Part shown: positions 1 to 9,750 of the stretch, piece by piece | Position numbering within the stretch: position 1 is the stretch's first letter | Layout of the letters: each line of letters begins with the position of its first letter | DNA from: Octopus sinensis | Taxonomy: Eukaryota | DNA: 23,232 nt | NCBI RefSeq assembly: GCF_006345805.1 | Contig: NW_021823700.1 | Location: forward strand, 1 to 23,232 | Direction: 5' to 3' | Notes under the pieces: model-generated | The model's input: the letters and a program-made list of their open reading frames with translations, nothing else | What the model was told of the DNA's origin: nothing | The model's database searches: none | Position numbers and translations under genes: made by a program

Positions 1-278
1 CCTTGGCGGTAGACCTCTCTTTGCGGTTTGATGGCCGAAACCACGCTGAATGAGATTTCTTTCGGAGCGCACACTCTTTCCACTTTGGCAGGGCCGCAAT
101 ATTTGTCTTGGACGTACTTCTTCACTTGGAACGAACGGCCTGTTACGCTATCATCCCATTCCATGGAGCATTGTGTTTTGCCTGGACAGGAACAGATGTG
201 TTGGATGTAGATGCCTTTCCTCCAGACACGGCCGCATACGTGATCGAGTGTGGGGCAGACGGGTATATATCTTTGAGG
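1..278 (-). CDS. Coding exon (runs off window) of a secreted Cys-rich protein, Argos/giant-lens (scoloptoxin-11-like) family candidate
   Basis: Manual minus-strand translation from 278 gives 92 stop-free codons: PQRYIPVCPTLDHVCGRVWRKGIYIQHICSCPGKTQCSMEWDDSVTGRSFQVKKYVQDKYCGPAKVERVCAPKEISFSVVSAIKPQREVYRQ. It is preceded by acceptor ttgtttttacAG (AG = + strand ct at 279-280), phase 0. The PVC..VC..CxCP..C..G..KxCxP..C pattern matches the Argos pattern as recalled. The exon is well supported; the family call is less certain. Confidence 0.82.
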
Positions 279-333
279 CTGTAAAAACAATAAATTAATA
301 ACATATTACCATCAACAACAGCAGCAGCAACAA

Positions 334-510
334 CAGGACTCATGAATGTATAAATGGCACTACTAGACACTGCACACATCTTACGTTAGGCGCTTTCAAT
401 ACAGTAAAAATAGCAACACTTAAACAAACCACATCACATACCCAAGTTACAAAGAGCTGCGCTCGGCAGTACAGCGAAATCACGTAATAAAAATAAAGCT
501 ACTGAATAAT
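334..510 (+). mobile_element. 5'-truncated 3' end of RLE-type (R4/Dong-like) non-LTR retrotransposon
   Basis: gcactactagacactgcacacatctta (ALL-TAHIL) plus a 3' UTR visibly homologous to 3210-3360; short aataat tail. Confidence 0.75.
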
Positions 511-758
511 GGTGGCGATATTAACAATTACGGAGATGTACTTGCATAGCAAGTGACCTGATCCGAGATCGTGTGCTGGAACGAAAACAATTGCAGCGTG
601 GAAGGTGTTTATAAGCCATTTAAGAAACACACAAAATCAGTTAGATTCACTTCAACATTTAAATTTAATTTTCCAAAATATTTTCGTCGCTTTGAGACCG
701 CGACCTGTTTACTGACAAAATGCAGCACGAAGTTTTGTCAGTGAACAGGTTGCGGTCT
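511..758 (-). mobile_element. Probable Penelope-like element pLTR remnant with inverted terminal duplication
   Basis: Contains a hammerhead-like fold (720-669) and an inverted partial copy (733-758); such arrangements are typical of Penelope-like element ends. Class is inferred. Confidence 0.45.
669..720 (-). ncRNA. Degenerate minimal type I hammerhead ribozyme, G3:C8 core variant
   Basis: Minus strand reads ttttgtca-GTAAACA-g-gtcgc(ggtctcaaa)gcgac-GAAA-atat-t-t-tggaaaa: stem I, core, 5-bp stem II, GAAA, palindromic stem III, UUU cleavage triplet. The inverted arm shows core GTGAACA. Confidence 0.5.
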
Positions 759-792
759 TACCTTCGTTGTCGTAACCGACGGAATGTCAGTA

Positions 793-1100
793 TTTTTGTT
801 TGTTCCTTCTCGAGCCATGCCTGGCTCATAAGGGCCGGTTTCCCGGTTTCCTTGGCGCATAGGTTCCTCACCTGGACGGGATGCTGGTCCGTCGCAGGTG
901 AGCTGCAAGATGCAGGAGGAAAGAGTGAGAGAAAGTTGTAGCGAAAGAGTCAGCAGAAGTTCGCCATTACCTTCTGCCGGAGCCGCGTGGAGCTTAGGTG
1001 TTTCCGCTCATAAATACACACATCGCCCCGTCTGAGATTCGAACCCGTGATCCCTCGACCGCGTGTCCGCTGCTCTAACCACTAGGCCATGTTCCTCCAC
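793..1100 (-). mobile_element. tRNA-derived SINE
   Basis: Minus strand has A box TGGCCTAGTGG and B box GGTTCGAATC; its 3' gaaaccgggaaaccgg motif is shared with the SINE at 14443-14680. Confidence 0.85.
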
Positions 1101-1262
1101 ATATATCGATAGTAGACTCAGATGAATGCTTTAAATGGATTCAGATTGATCAGGTTCCCATCGAATGCAGTTGTTTTACTCTCCTTCTCTTCAATGTATC
1201 CCACGAGGTGGAGAGCAACAGGAAAGTAAATCCAACGACGTATAAATGCTTTATTTGTAGAG

Positions 1263-1300
1263 CAATGGCTCTTAACCATTTTGTCTGTAGCTCTCCACTT
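1263..1300 (+). mobile_element. Isolated hAT-like MITE terminus
   Basis: caatggctcttaaccatttt resembles the TIRs at 10113 and 13497 and is preceded by ttgtagag, similar to the other target sites. Confidence 0.4.
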
Positions 1301-1375
1301 CTACGTAGTTGTTACGTCTTGCACTCATCTAAATGGTGAGTGAGATATCACGACTAAACTAATTTAATATGGACC

Positions 1376-1788
1376 CCAGCACTATGACCCGGCGGTGCCG
1401 GGTCTAGTGCTAAAGCTTGTTGTTCGTTGCCGGGTCGCAGTAAAAATTTCTCACTAAATCAAGAGCTAAGTTTCTTATCACATTTCAGCCCGGGCCAGTT
1501 TTGTTGTTTATGAGCTAGTTGGAGGTTTTTATGAGAGTAATTGATATTCATTGGACTTCGGCAATGCCCATATGCCCATAACTTATGGGCATAAGGGGTC
1601 AGTTTATCGATTTTTTTAATAACTTTCTGGGGCGACTGGGGAAATGAGGAGAGCTTCACGACCACCCTCAGACAATTTTGAAAGCCCATAGAAAATGTGA
1701 GCCTTTTACGTGAAAAACTGTGGATTTGTATAAAGGACACACAGACACACAGACAAACAGACATTTTGCCGTTTATAGATATAGAGAT
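1376..1788 (+). mobile_element. Non-autonomous Helentron/HINE-like element
   Basis: 5' 15-bp hairpin (1378-1411), 3' (GACA)n-like tract, then ...tttatagatatagagat end; this is the architecture of DINE-1/Lep1-type elements. Confidence 0.5.
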
Positions 1789-2213
1789 GACAGTTTATAA
1801 AATTTTGCTCCAAAAATGGATTGCATGAGCTTTTAACAGTAAACAGATAAAAAAGAAATTAATAAAGACAAAAATTGCAAATTAACTTTATACGCTGTAG
1901 CGTATAAAGAAGGAACATAAAGGGCTTAAAGGGGCTTGCAAAAGCGAAAGAAGTTGAATGACTGAAAGCTTAAAGGACTGAATATTATAGACCAGATGAT
2001 AACAAGATGATGATAATAAGTTTCTGAGGACAACAGCTCGGGGAAAGAAGCCGTTAGGATATTAAGGCTTATGACGAGCAGGAAGCTCAAGAGAGAAACG
2101 ATGTTTGGAAAAAGAAGCTGGTAACACGTTTAAAGGACATGAGAGCAACTACTCGGCCGGAATGTTGATCAGAGCAATGATTATGGAAATATCTATAGAA
2201 AAATGAAACAATA

Positions 2214-2640
2214 GGCGGTGCAGGAGTGGCTGTGTGGTAAGTAGCTTGCTTACCAACCACATGGTCCGGGTTCAGTCCACTGCGTGGCCACCTTGGGCAA
2301 GTGTCTTCTACTATAGCCTCGGGCGACCAAATGCTTGTGAGTGGATTTGGTAGATGGAAACTGAAAGAAGCCCGTCGTATAATGATATATATATATTATA
2401 TATATATATATATATATGCGTGTGTGGTTCGTGTGACTGTGTTTGTCCCCCTAGCATTGCTTGACAACCGATGCTGGGTGTGTTTATGTCCCGTTACTTG
2501 CGGTCGGCAAAAAGAGACCGATAGAATAAGTACTGGGCTTACAAAAGAATAAGTCCCGGGGTTGAGTTGCTCGATTAAAGGCGGTGCTCCAGCATGGCCG
2601 CAGTCAAATGACTGAAACAAGTAAAAGAGTAAAAGAGAGT
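2214..2640 (+). mobile_element. tRNA-derived SINE, family A (head + TA microsatellite + conserved tail)
   Basis: caggagtggctgtgtggtaag...gggttcagtcc head and ...ggcggtgctccagcatggccgcagtcaaatgactgaaacaag tail recur at multiple other loci in the window. Confidence 0.9.
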
Positions 2641-2861
2641 TTATAGTAATAAAGATACAATTTGACGATGCACCAAAGACTCCAACCTAGTAGAAAGAAG
2701 AGGACCCAGCATGTTAATAGATCGATTCTGAATTCGATCAAGCAAAGTTAAGACACTCAGTGGAGGCACCAATTCAAAGATGACAGAATCGCTCAATGCA
2801 AGGTTCAATGGTGGCCTTACAGAGTTACGAGATATTCTCAGGCGAAAGAAATTTGCAGGCA

Positions 2862-3373
2862 CGGAAAGAATAGTCTCAGAAAATGACAAAGCAACCACGC
2901 TCTGGGATATGCCGATAAACACAGATAGAGAAATCAAGGCTAATAGACCGGATATAGTAGTCAGGGATCACCAAGAGCAACATGCCTTCTAATCGACGTA
3001 TTAATACCAGCAGATGACAATGTATCTCTAAACGAAACAGAGAAACTCTCAAAATACAAAAATCTGGAAATAGAGGTAACTCGAATGTGGAGCCTAAAAA
3101 TATAAACAATCCTTATAATAATAGGTGCATTAGGTATGAATAAAAAACATTCAGACAAATACATAGCAAAAACACCGGGACTTACAAATGCATATAACAT
3201 ACAGAAAATAGCACTACTGGGCACCGCACACATCTTACAGAAAGCACTTTCGATACAGTGAAAATAAGAGCACCACAACAAACCACAGCACATTCCCAAG
3301 GCACACAGAGCGGCGCTCGGTGGTGCAATGACAGTACGTGATAAAAATAAGACTACGAATAATAATAATAATA

Positions 3374-3408
<35 letters not shown>
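2862..3408 (+). mobile_element. RLE-type (R4/Dong-like) LINE 3' fragment with (AAT)n tail
   Basis: Degenerate restriction-like endonuclease: ENDKATTLWDMPINTDREIKANRPDIVV..LIDVLIPADDNVSLNETEKLSKY..IGALG..ALLGTAHIL, with a frameshift and stop. Confidence 0.9.
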
Positions 3409-3410
<2 letters not shown>

Positions 3411-3509
3411 CCTACGCAAAATACTTTCTATGTAATCTCAAGGTTTAAAACAAACAATTTTAAAAATTTTATTTATTTAATTTTTATTTATTTATTAGAC
3501 ATTCACTCG

Positions 3510-3649
3510 TACAACACCAAAAAAAAACCCCGCAAATATATGGCACACTAGGCATAACAACAACGTGAACTTCCAACCTGTTGTCTCTTGAGGTCTCTGG
3601 GTGAGACTTGGAGGCAACTTGTAAAAATATAAAGCAAAAGTCAAACATA

Positions 3650-3697
<48 letters not shown>
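3510..3697 (+). mobile_element. 3' UTR fragment of a second RLE LINE subfamily with (AAT)n tail
   Basis: cctgttgtctcttgaggtctctgggtgagacttgga followed by (AAT)n; its start resembles 23146-23170. Confidence 0.55.
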
Positions 3698-4094
3698 ACT
3701 GTCGGCCGGATGTTATATTGAATAAGAGAGATAAATACTGTCAGATCATTGATGTAGCCATACCAAATGACATGGATGTTGTAAGTAAAGAGGCTGAAAA
3801 TATCACCAAGTACTCCGAATTGAAAGTGGAAATGGCAAGGCTGTATGGAATGTGAGAGGGTAGTGTAAAAGTGATACCAGTGGTGATCGGAGCGCTGGGC
3901 TCAATGCCATTGAAACTTCAAGACTTCTTAAGGCAACTGGTAACCCCATGCAAGATTGATGTTTTTGCAAAAAGCAACCTTATTGGTCACAGCGCACATC
4001 TTAAGGTAAGTATTATCTGTCTGAGGTCTTTGTTGTGACTTGACAGACGACTAAAGACTCCGGTGCATTTTTTTTACATACACTGCGTTACGAA

Positions 4095-4162
<68 letters not shown>

Positions 4163-4178
4163 CATAATAATAATAATA
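3698..4178 (+). mobile_element. Third RLE LINE subfamily 3' fragment with (AAT)n tail
   Basis: HCRPDVILNKRDKYCQIIDVAIPND..KEAENITKYSELKVEMARLYGM*..VIPVVIGALG..TAHILR; RPD..D..K..KY catalytic motif. Confidence 0.88.
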
Positions 4179-4625
4179 CTACAGCAAATATTCTGCTCAA
4201 TACCACAGATTTGCTTGTCAGTTGTTTGACCTTAACCAGTTGAGCATGTCCCCTAGTGGCTGACGGTATGTGCATCTCTGATCACGAGCAGAAGTAGTGG
4301 GGGAGCATCATAGCCATATGTTGAGAGGGATTCTTTGGGGTTTGAATAATTCACCTCTGGAAACATGGGTGGTTCGTTCAACATCCTTAAACAACCCTTA
4401 TTCAGGGACCTTTCGAGTGGGATGGGTTACTCGACCTGAAGAAAATTCTAACTGGGCCCCACCTGCAAGGTCATGTGCTGTTTATCTTGATATGAGATCA
4501 CCACGTATGGTTGTGATGCTTGTGCCTAGTGTACCCTTATCAAACGGGTAGTCATGATGGGTATACTGGGCTTCGTATACTTCACCCCAGTGTCACTTGA
4601 TGGCATGCACGTTTTCTCACTCAAT
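4179..4625 (+). mobile_element. Unclassified interspersed element flanked by (AAT)n
   Basis: About 450 bp of non-coding sequence embedded between (AAT)n tracts; repeat status is from recall only, with a single copy in this window. Confidence 0.4.
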
Positions 4626-4701
4626 CAATAATATATATAATAATAATAATGATAATAATATAATAATAATAATAATAATAATAATGATAATAATAATAAT
4701 G

Positions 4702-4750
<49 letters not shown>

Positions 4751-4751
4751 C

Positions 4752-4835
<84 letters not shown>

Positions 4836-4906
4836 TAATTATAATAATAATAATAACAACAACAACAACAACAATAACAATAAAAAAAAAAAAATAATAA
4901 TAATAA
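4626..4906. repeat. (AAT/GAT/AAC)n microsatellite
   Basis: Direct inspection. Confidence 0.97.
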
Positions 4907-4919
4907 AGGTGGTACTTAC

Positions 4920-5033
4920 AAGAACGACGTTCATCAGATTTGAAACCCTGTACGGCACACGAGCCTGATGTCCAGAGATGATTTGCACGACAGCATAGAT
5001 GAAGAAACAGCACAGCATTGATTGACTGGCCAT
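4920..5033 (-). CDS. First coding exon (signal peptide) of the Argos-like gene
   Basis: ATG at 5033 in context acaATGg; 38 codons MASQSMLCCFFIYAVVQIISGHQARVPYRVSNLMNVVL with a hydrophobic h-region and ISG/H cleavage-like site; ends at a perfect GTAAGT donor in phase 0, matching the acceptor at 278. Upstream acceptor candidate ttttttacatccgcatctcAG ends at 5085. Confidence 0.8.
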
Positions 5034-5615
5034 TGTTGAATATCTGTTTCGGTGAATCACAGTTAGAGGGATGCTGAATCTGAGCTGAGATGCGGATGTA
5101 AAAAACAGACCGTGTTTCTTTGGAATATAGATTGATATAATTTACTATAGGAGAGTAGGGTTCAGAGATACACGATGGACGTATATTTTGAAAGTCCTAA
5201 AGGGTTTCTTTTCGTTTGGTTTAAGTAGCGGTGCTTTATGGGACCTTGAGAGGTGAACCTGAGTTATTTAAAAAGTAACCCCAAACGTGTGTTTATAGTA
5301 TTTCTTATTACTATTAATAACAACAACAATAATACTAATAATAAGAAGAAGACTGGAAGGAGAAAAACCACACAGAAACAGACAGCAGTATCTTGTAAGT
5401 CCCCAAAATATACGCTGGGTCCTTGTTAATATTATTGGTATAGTTGATATTGCCGTCGATATTGATAATATTTGGTGTTGCAGTTAATGTTGGAGTGCTG
5501 TGTAGTAACAAGTTATCATTATTCAGAAAGCTTCTCTCGTCAACAGGTACTTTCTCGGAGGTTCTGTTTCGTCCGACGAAGATTCTTTTCAATTCTTCCA
5601 AACTTTGCGTCTCTC

Positions 5616-5625
5616 TTTATATATA
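5616..5625 (-). promoter_or_regulatory. TATA-like box candidate upstream of the signal-peptide exon
   Basis: Minus strand TATATATAAAG, but adjacent to a TA microsatellite so it may be chance. Confidence 0.2.
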
Positions 5626-5644
5626 GAGGTATATTTGCATTCTT

Positions 5645-5880
5645 GTATACATATCCAGACATACAAATACATGTATATATATACATATACATACATATAT
5701 ATATATTATATATATATTATATATATATATATATTATATATATATATATATATAATAATATATATATATATATATATATGTGTATATTATATATATGTAT
5801 ATATATATATATATATATCAAACAAACAACAGACACACACATCAACACGCACACACACATGCACACATGTGTGCACGCAA
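5645..5880. repeat. (TA)n/(CA)n compound microsatellite
   Basis: Direct inspection. Confidence 0.95.
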
Positions 5881-6068
5881 ATTCCTCAAAAGTGATATCC
5901 ACCAAACCCAACACCCCGGAATTCATCTCCCACCCCTCCGCATAACAGGAGTAAAAAAAACGCCACTTGAACCCGCCCACCCAATACATTAGTACCCCCA
6001 CCGCTACCCCCCGCTACTCTCGCTACTCTCGCCGCCGCCGCCGCTACCACAGCCACTACCCTTACTAT

Positions 6069-6107
<39 letters not shown>

Positions 6108-6262
6108 ACACACATACCCGAAATATTCATACTGCACCGCCACCCCGACCATCCAACGACGGAATCTCACACAGCCCTCTCCCATTGTTACAAAACACTG
6201 CAAATTCCAAGCAGATGATTATGTCTGTAGAGTGCTTATATATATATATATATACATACATT

Positions 6263-6296
<34 letters not shown>

Positions 6297-6364
6297 AATA
6301 TGCGCGTGTGTGTGTGAGTGTGTGTACATACACATATTAAATATATATATATGTATGTAAGTTC

Positions 6365-7072
6365 TTATGTATATATATGCATAGATACACACATATATAT
6401 ATACATATATATATACACACACAATATATTATATAATAGACATAGATAACAAATAATATATATACATATATATATACACACACACAAATATATATATATA
6501 TGCATAGATACACACATATATATATACATATATATATACACACACAAATATATATATATATGCATAGATACACACATATATATATACATATATATATACA
6601 CACACAAATATATATATATATGCATAGATAGAGACACACTATATATATATACTATATATATACACACATACAATAGATATATAGATATTATGCATAGATA
6701 ACACACATATATATATACATATATATATATATATACACACAAATATATATATATATGCATAGATACACACATATATATATACATATATATATACACACAC
6801 AAATATATATATATATGCATAGATACACACATATATATATACATATATATATACACACACAAATATATATATATATGCATAGATACACACATATATATAT
6901 ACATATATATATACACACACAAATATATATATATATGCATAGATACACACATATATATATACATATATATATACACACACAAATATATATATATATGCAT
7001 AGATACACACATATATATATACATATATATATACACACACAAATATATATACATATGCATAGATACACAAAC

Positions 7073-7100
<28 letters not shown>
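6365..7100. repeat. 60-bp minisatellite, about 12 units
   Basis: The 60-nt lines starting at 6781, 6841, 6901 and 6961 are identical; the anchor (g)catagata recurs 12 times. Confidence 0.93.
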
Positions 7101-7103
<3 letters not shown>

Positions 7104-7362
7104 CGTTCATAAACACAAACATACATTTGTGTTGTACATGCAATATTTACAAATGTATGTGTATACACACGCACACACACACACACAGACACACACAACA
7201 CACACACACGTACACATGCACATAAGCAAAGATTCACACGCATATACACCCACCCGCACATATTCATTGTGTTTACATTCAACAAAATAATTATGCAGCC
7301 ATATATGTATATATGTACAAGTGTACGTTTGGCATATTTATGTACACACGCATAGAAACATC

Positions 7363-7406
<44 letters not shown>

Positions 7407-7550
7407 CATGCATTCTCGTATGTTTATGGGTGTATGACAGGGTGTGGGAGAAGGGAGTGGCGGAGGTGAAATGTATGTTTTCCCACACTTTCGTTTATGA
7501 ATGGCGTTGAACATGTGTAGTTCAAGACACAGTTTGTGTTTATAGTGAAA

Positions 7551-7978
7551 CCATCATCATCATCATCATCACCCTCATCATCATCATCATCATCGTCATC
7601 ATCATCATTACCATCATCGTCATCATCGTCATCATCATCAACATCATCATCATCATCACCGTCATCATCATCACAATCATCGTCATCATCATCACCACAA
7701 TCATCACCATCATCATCATCATCGTCATCATCGCCACTATCACCACCATCATCACCAGCATCATCATCATCAACAACAACACTAACATCACAATCGTCAT
7801 CATCATCATCATCGTAATCAACACTACCGCCATCATCATCATCATCATCATCATCAACTACAACGTCGTCATCGTCGTCGTCGTCATATCTTTAGATGTA
7901 ATTGAATGGGTGTGTTTAGAGAGATGACACTAGGAACGTAACAACTACAACATCAACAACATCCCCACCACCACCACC

Positions 7979-8010
<32 letters not shown>

Positions 8011-8020
8011 CAACAACGAA
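7551..8020. repeat. (CAT/CGT)n and (CAC)/(CAA)n triplet arrays
   Basis: Direct inspection. Confidence 0.95.
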
Positions 8021-8164
8021 ACTTCTAAGAAACAAAATATGTCCGCCTACAACCTTTTTTTCAAGATGGAAGCTGGGAACAAACAAACAAACAAAGAATC
8101 AAAGAGAAACGGTGAAGACGGATGTTGCTGGCAGAGTGTGTGCGGTGGTATGGTGAAAATTGCG

Positions 8165-8530
8165 GTAGCGGCGGTTGTGTAGGTGGTGGTGGTGGCTTTT
8201 ATGTGTAGGCGGTGGTGGTCGTGGTAGTGGTGGTGGCGGTCATGGTGGTGATGGTGGTGGTAGTGGTGATGGTGGTAGTGGTGATGGTGGTGGTGGTCGT
8301 GGTAGTAAAGTAGGTGGTGGTGGTCGTGGTAGTAAAGTAGGTGGTGGTGGTGGTTGTGGTGGTGGTGGTAGTGGTGGTGATGATGGTGGTAGTGGTGGTG
8401 GTGGTTTTTATGTGTAGGCGGTGGTCATGGTGGTAGTGGTGGTGGTGGTGATGGTGGTGATGGTGGTGGTAGTGGTGGTGGTGGTAGTAATGTAGGTGGT
8501 GGTAGTGGTGGTGGTGGTGGTGGTGGTGTG
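8165..8530. repeat. (GGT)n degenerate triplet array
   Basis: Direct inspection. Confidence 0.95.
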
Positions 8531-8702
8531 TTCTTTTTATGTACCGTTGCCTTGGTGATAATATGCCATCAACAAAAGGAGCCAAAACAAAACACGCCTT
8601 CCACCTCTACATCCACCCGTGACCCCCACGCCAACGTTCTTGTATCGTTTTTTTTGGGGTTTTGTTTTGTTGTGTTTTGTTTTGTTTTATCTCCTTACTT
8701 GT

Positions 8703-8760
8703 TTCCCTCAATTGTATTGCGGTCATGCTGGAGCACCGCCCGAAAGAGTTTAATCAAATA
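8703..8760 (-). mobile_element. SINE family A tail fragment
   Basis: tgcggtcatgctggagcaccgcc core. Confidence 0.6.
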
Positions 8761-8816
8761 ACATCAGCTTCACATACCATTAAAAAAAATATTAAAAATA
8801 TATAAAAAATTTGGTT

Positions 8817-9069
8817 TACTCTTCTACTCTTTTACTTGTTTCAGTCATTTTGACTGCGGCCATGCTGGAGCACCGCCTTTACGTCGATCGAGCAAATCGG
8901 ACCCCAGGACTTATTCTATCGGTCTCTTTTGCTGAACCGCTAAGTTACGGGGACGTAAACACACCAGCATCGGTCGTCAAGCGATGTTGGGGGACAAACA
9001 CAGACACACAAACATATACGTACATACATACATACATACATACATACATACATACATACATACATACAC

Positions 9070-9125
<56 letters not shown>

Positions 9126-9171
9126 CATACATATGGGCTTCTTTCAGTTTCCGTCTACCAAATCCACTCAC
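8817..9171 (-). mobile_element. SINE family A, 5'-truncated
   Basis: Tail, (TACA)/(TA) microsatellite and partial head ending abruptly at the mariner fragment. Confidence 0.88.
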
Positions 9172-9639
9172 GGTCAACGCAGAACTCTATTTTCAAAAGA
9201 TGGAACGACTTAACACGGCTATTCAAGAGAAAAGACCTAATCGTCAGCATGGAGTTCTGCTGCACGACGACCCTGCCCTCATATCACCAATATGACCAAG
9301 GAAACCATTCAAACGCATGGCTAGGAAGTGCTACCAAACACGCCGTACTCTCCTGATTTGGCACCAAAGGATTTCCACCTCTTTCGATCTCTTTCAAATG
9401 CTATGCGCGGAGTTTTGTTCAATACTGATGCAAAATTGAGAGTTTCTTTGGATAATTTTTTTCGAGTCAAAATCGGATGATTTCTACCAACGAGATATTG
9501 AAAATCTTGTTGAACGTTGGGAAAAAGTTGTAAACAACAAGGGTGAATACATTATTGATAAATTAGTTGTTATCTTATATTAAACCTTTAAAAAATTTCA
9601 AATAAAAAAAAAACGGCGGGAACTTCGTTGCCAACCTAA
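9172..9639 (+). mobile_element. Mariner transposon right half (pseudogenised transposase)
   Basis: VNAELY..EKRPNRQHGVLLHDD..PYSPDLAPKDFHLFRSL..ERWEKVVNNKGEYI with frameshifts and a stop; TIR ...gttgccaacctaa followed by TA (9640-9641). Confidence 0.92.
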
Positions 9640-9750
9640 TATATTAAGTATCATACACAGGTGGTTATTTAAATTTAAGAATGAGTCAATTGCGTTTTCC
9701 GGATTGAGGCTTACAATTCTTCACATCATTCGCAACGCATTCGGAAGATA

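Larger units (their letters stand above)
279..4919 (-). other. GT-AG intron (4641 bp), phase 0, filled with transposon relics
   Basis: GTAAGT donor at 4919-4914 and tttttacAG acceptor ending at 279; the reading frames of the two exons join without a shift. Confidence 0.75.

Noticed and set aside
28-379. Track ORFs 28-210 (+), 50-298 (+) and 143-379 (-)
   Set aside because: They are alternative frames overlapping the better-supported Cys-rich exon.
6365-7100. Regularly spaced repeats as a CRISPR array
   Set aside because: The units are contiguous and near-identical with no unique spacers, in a eukaryotic context.
4597-8585. Many long ORFs rich in YI/CV/HT, poly-I, poly-N, poly-S, poly-G or poly-H
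   Set aside because: They are translations of microsatellites that lack stop codons in some frames.
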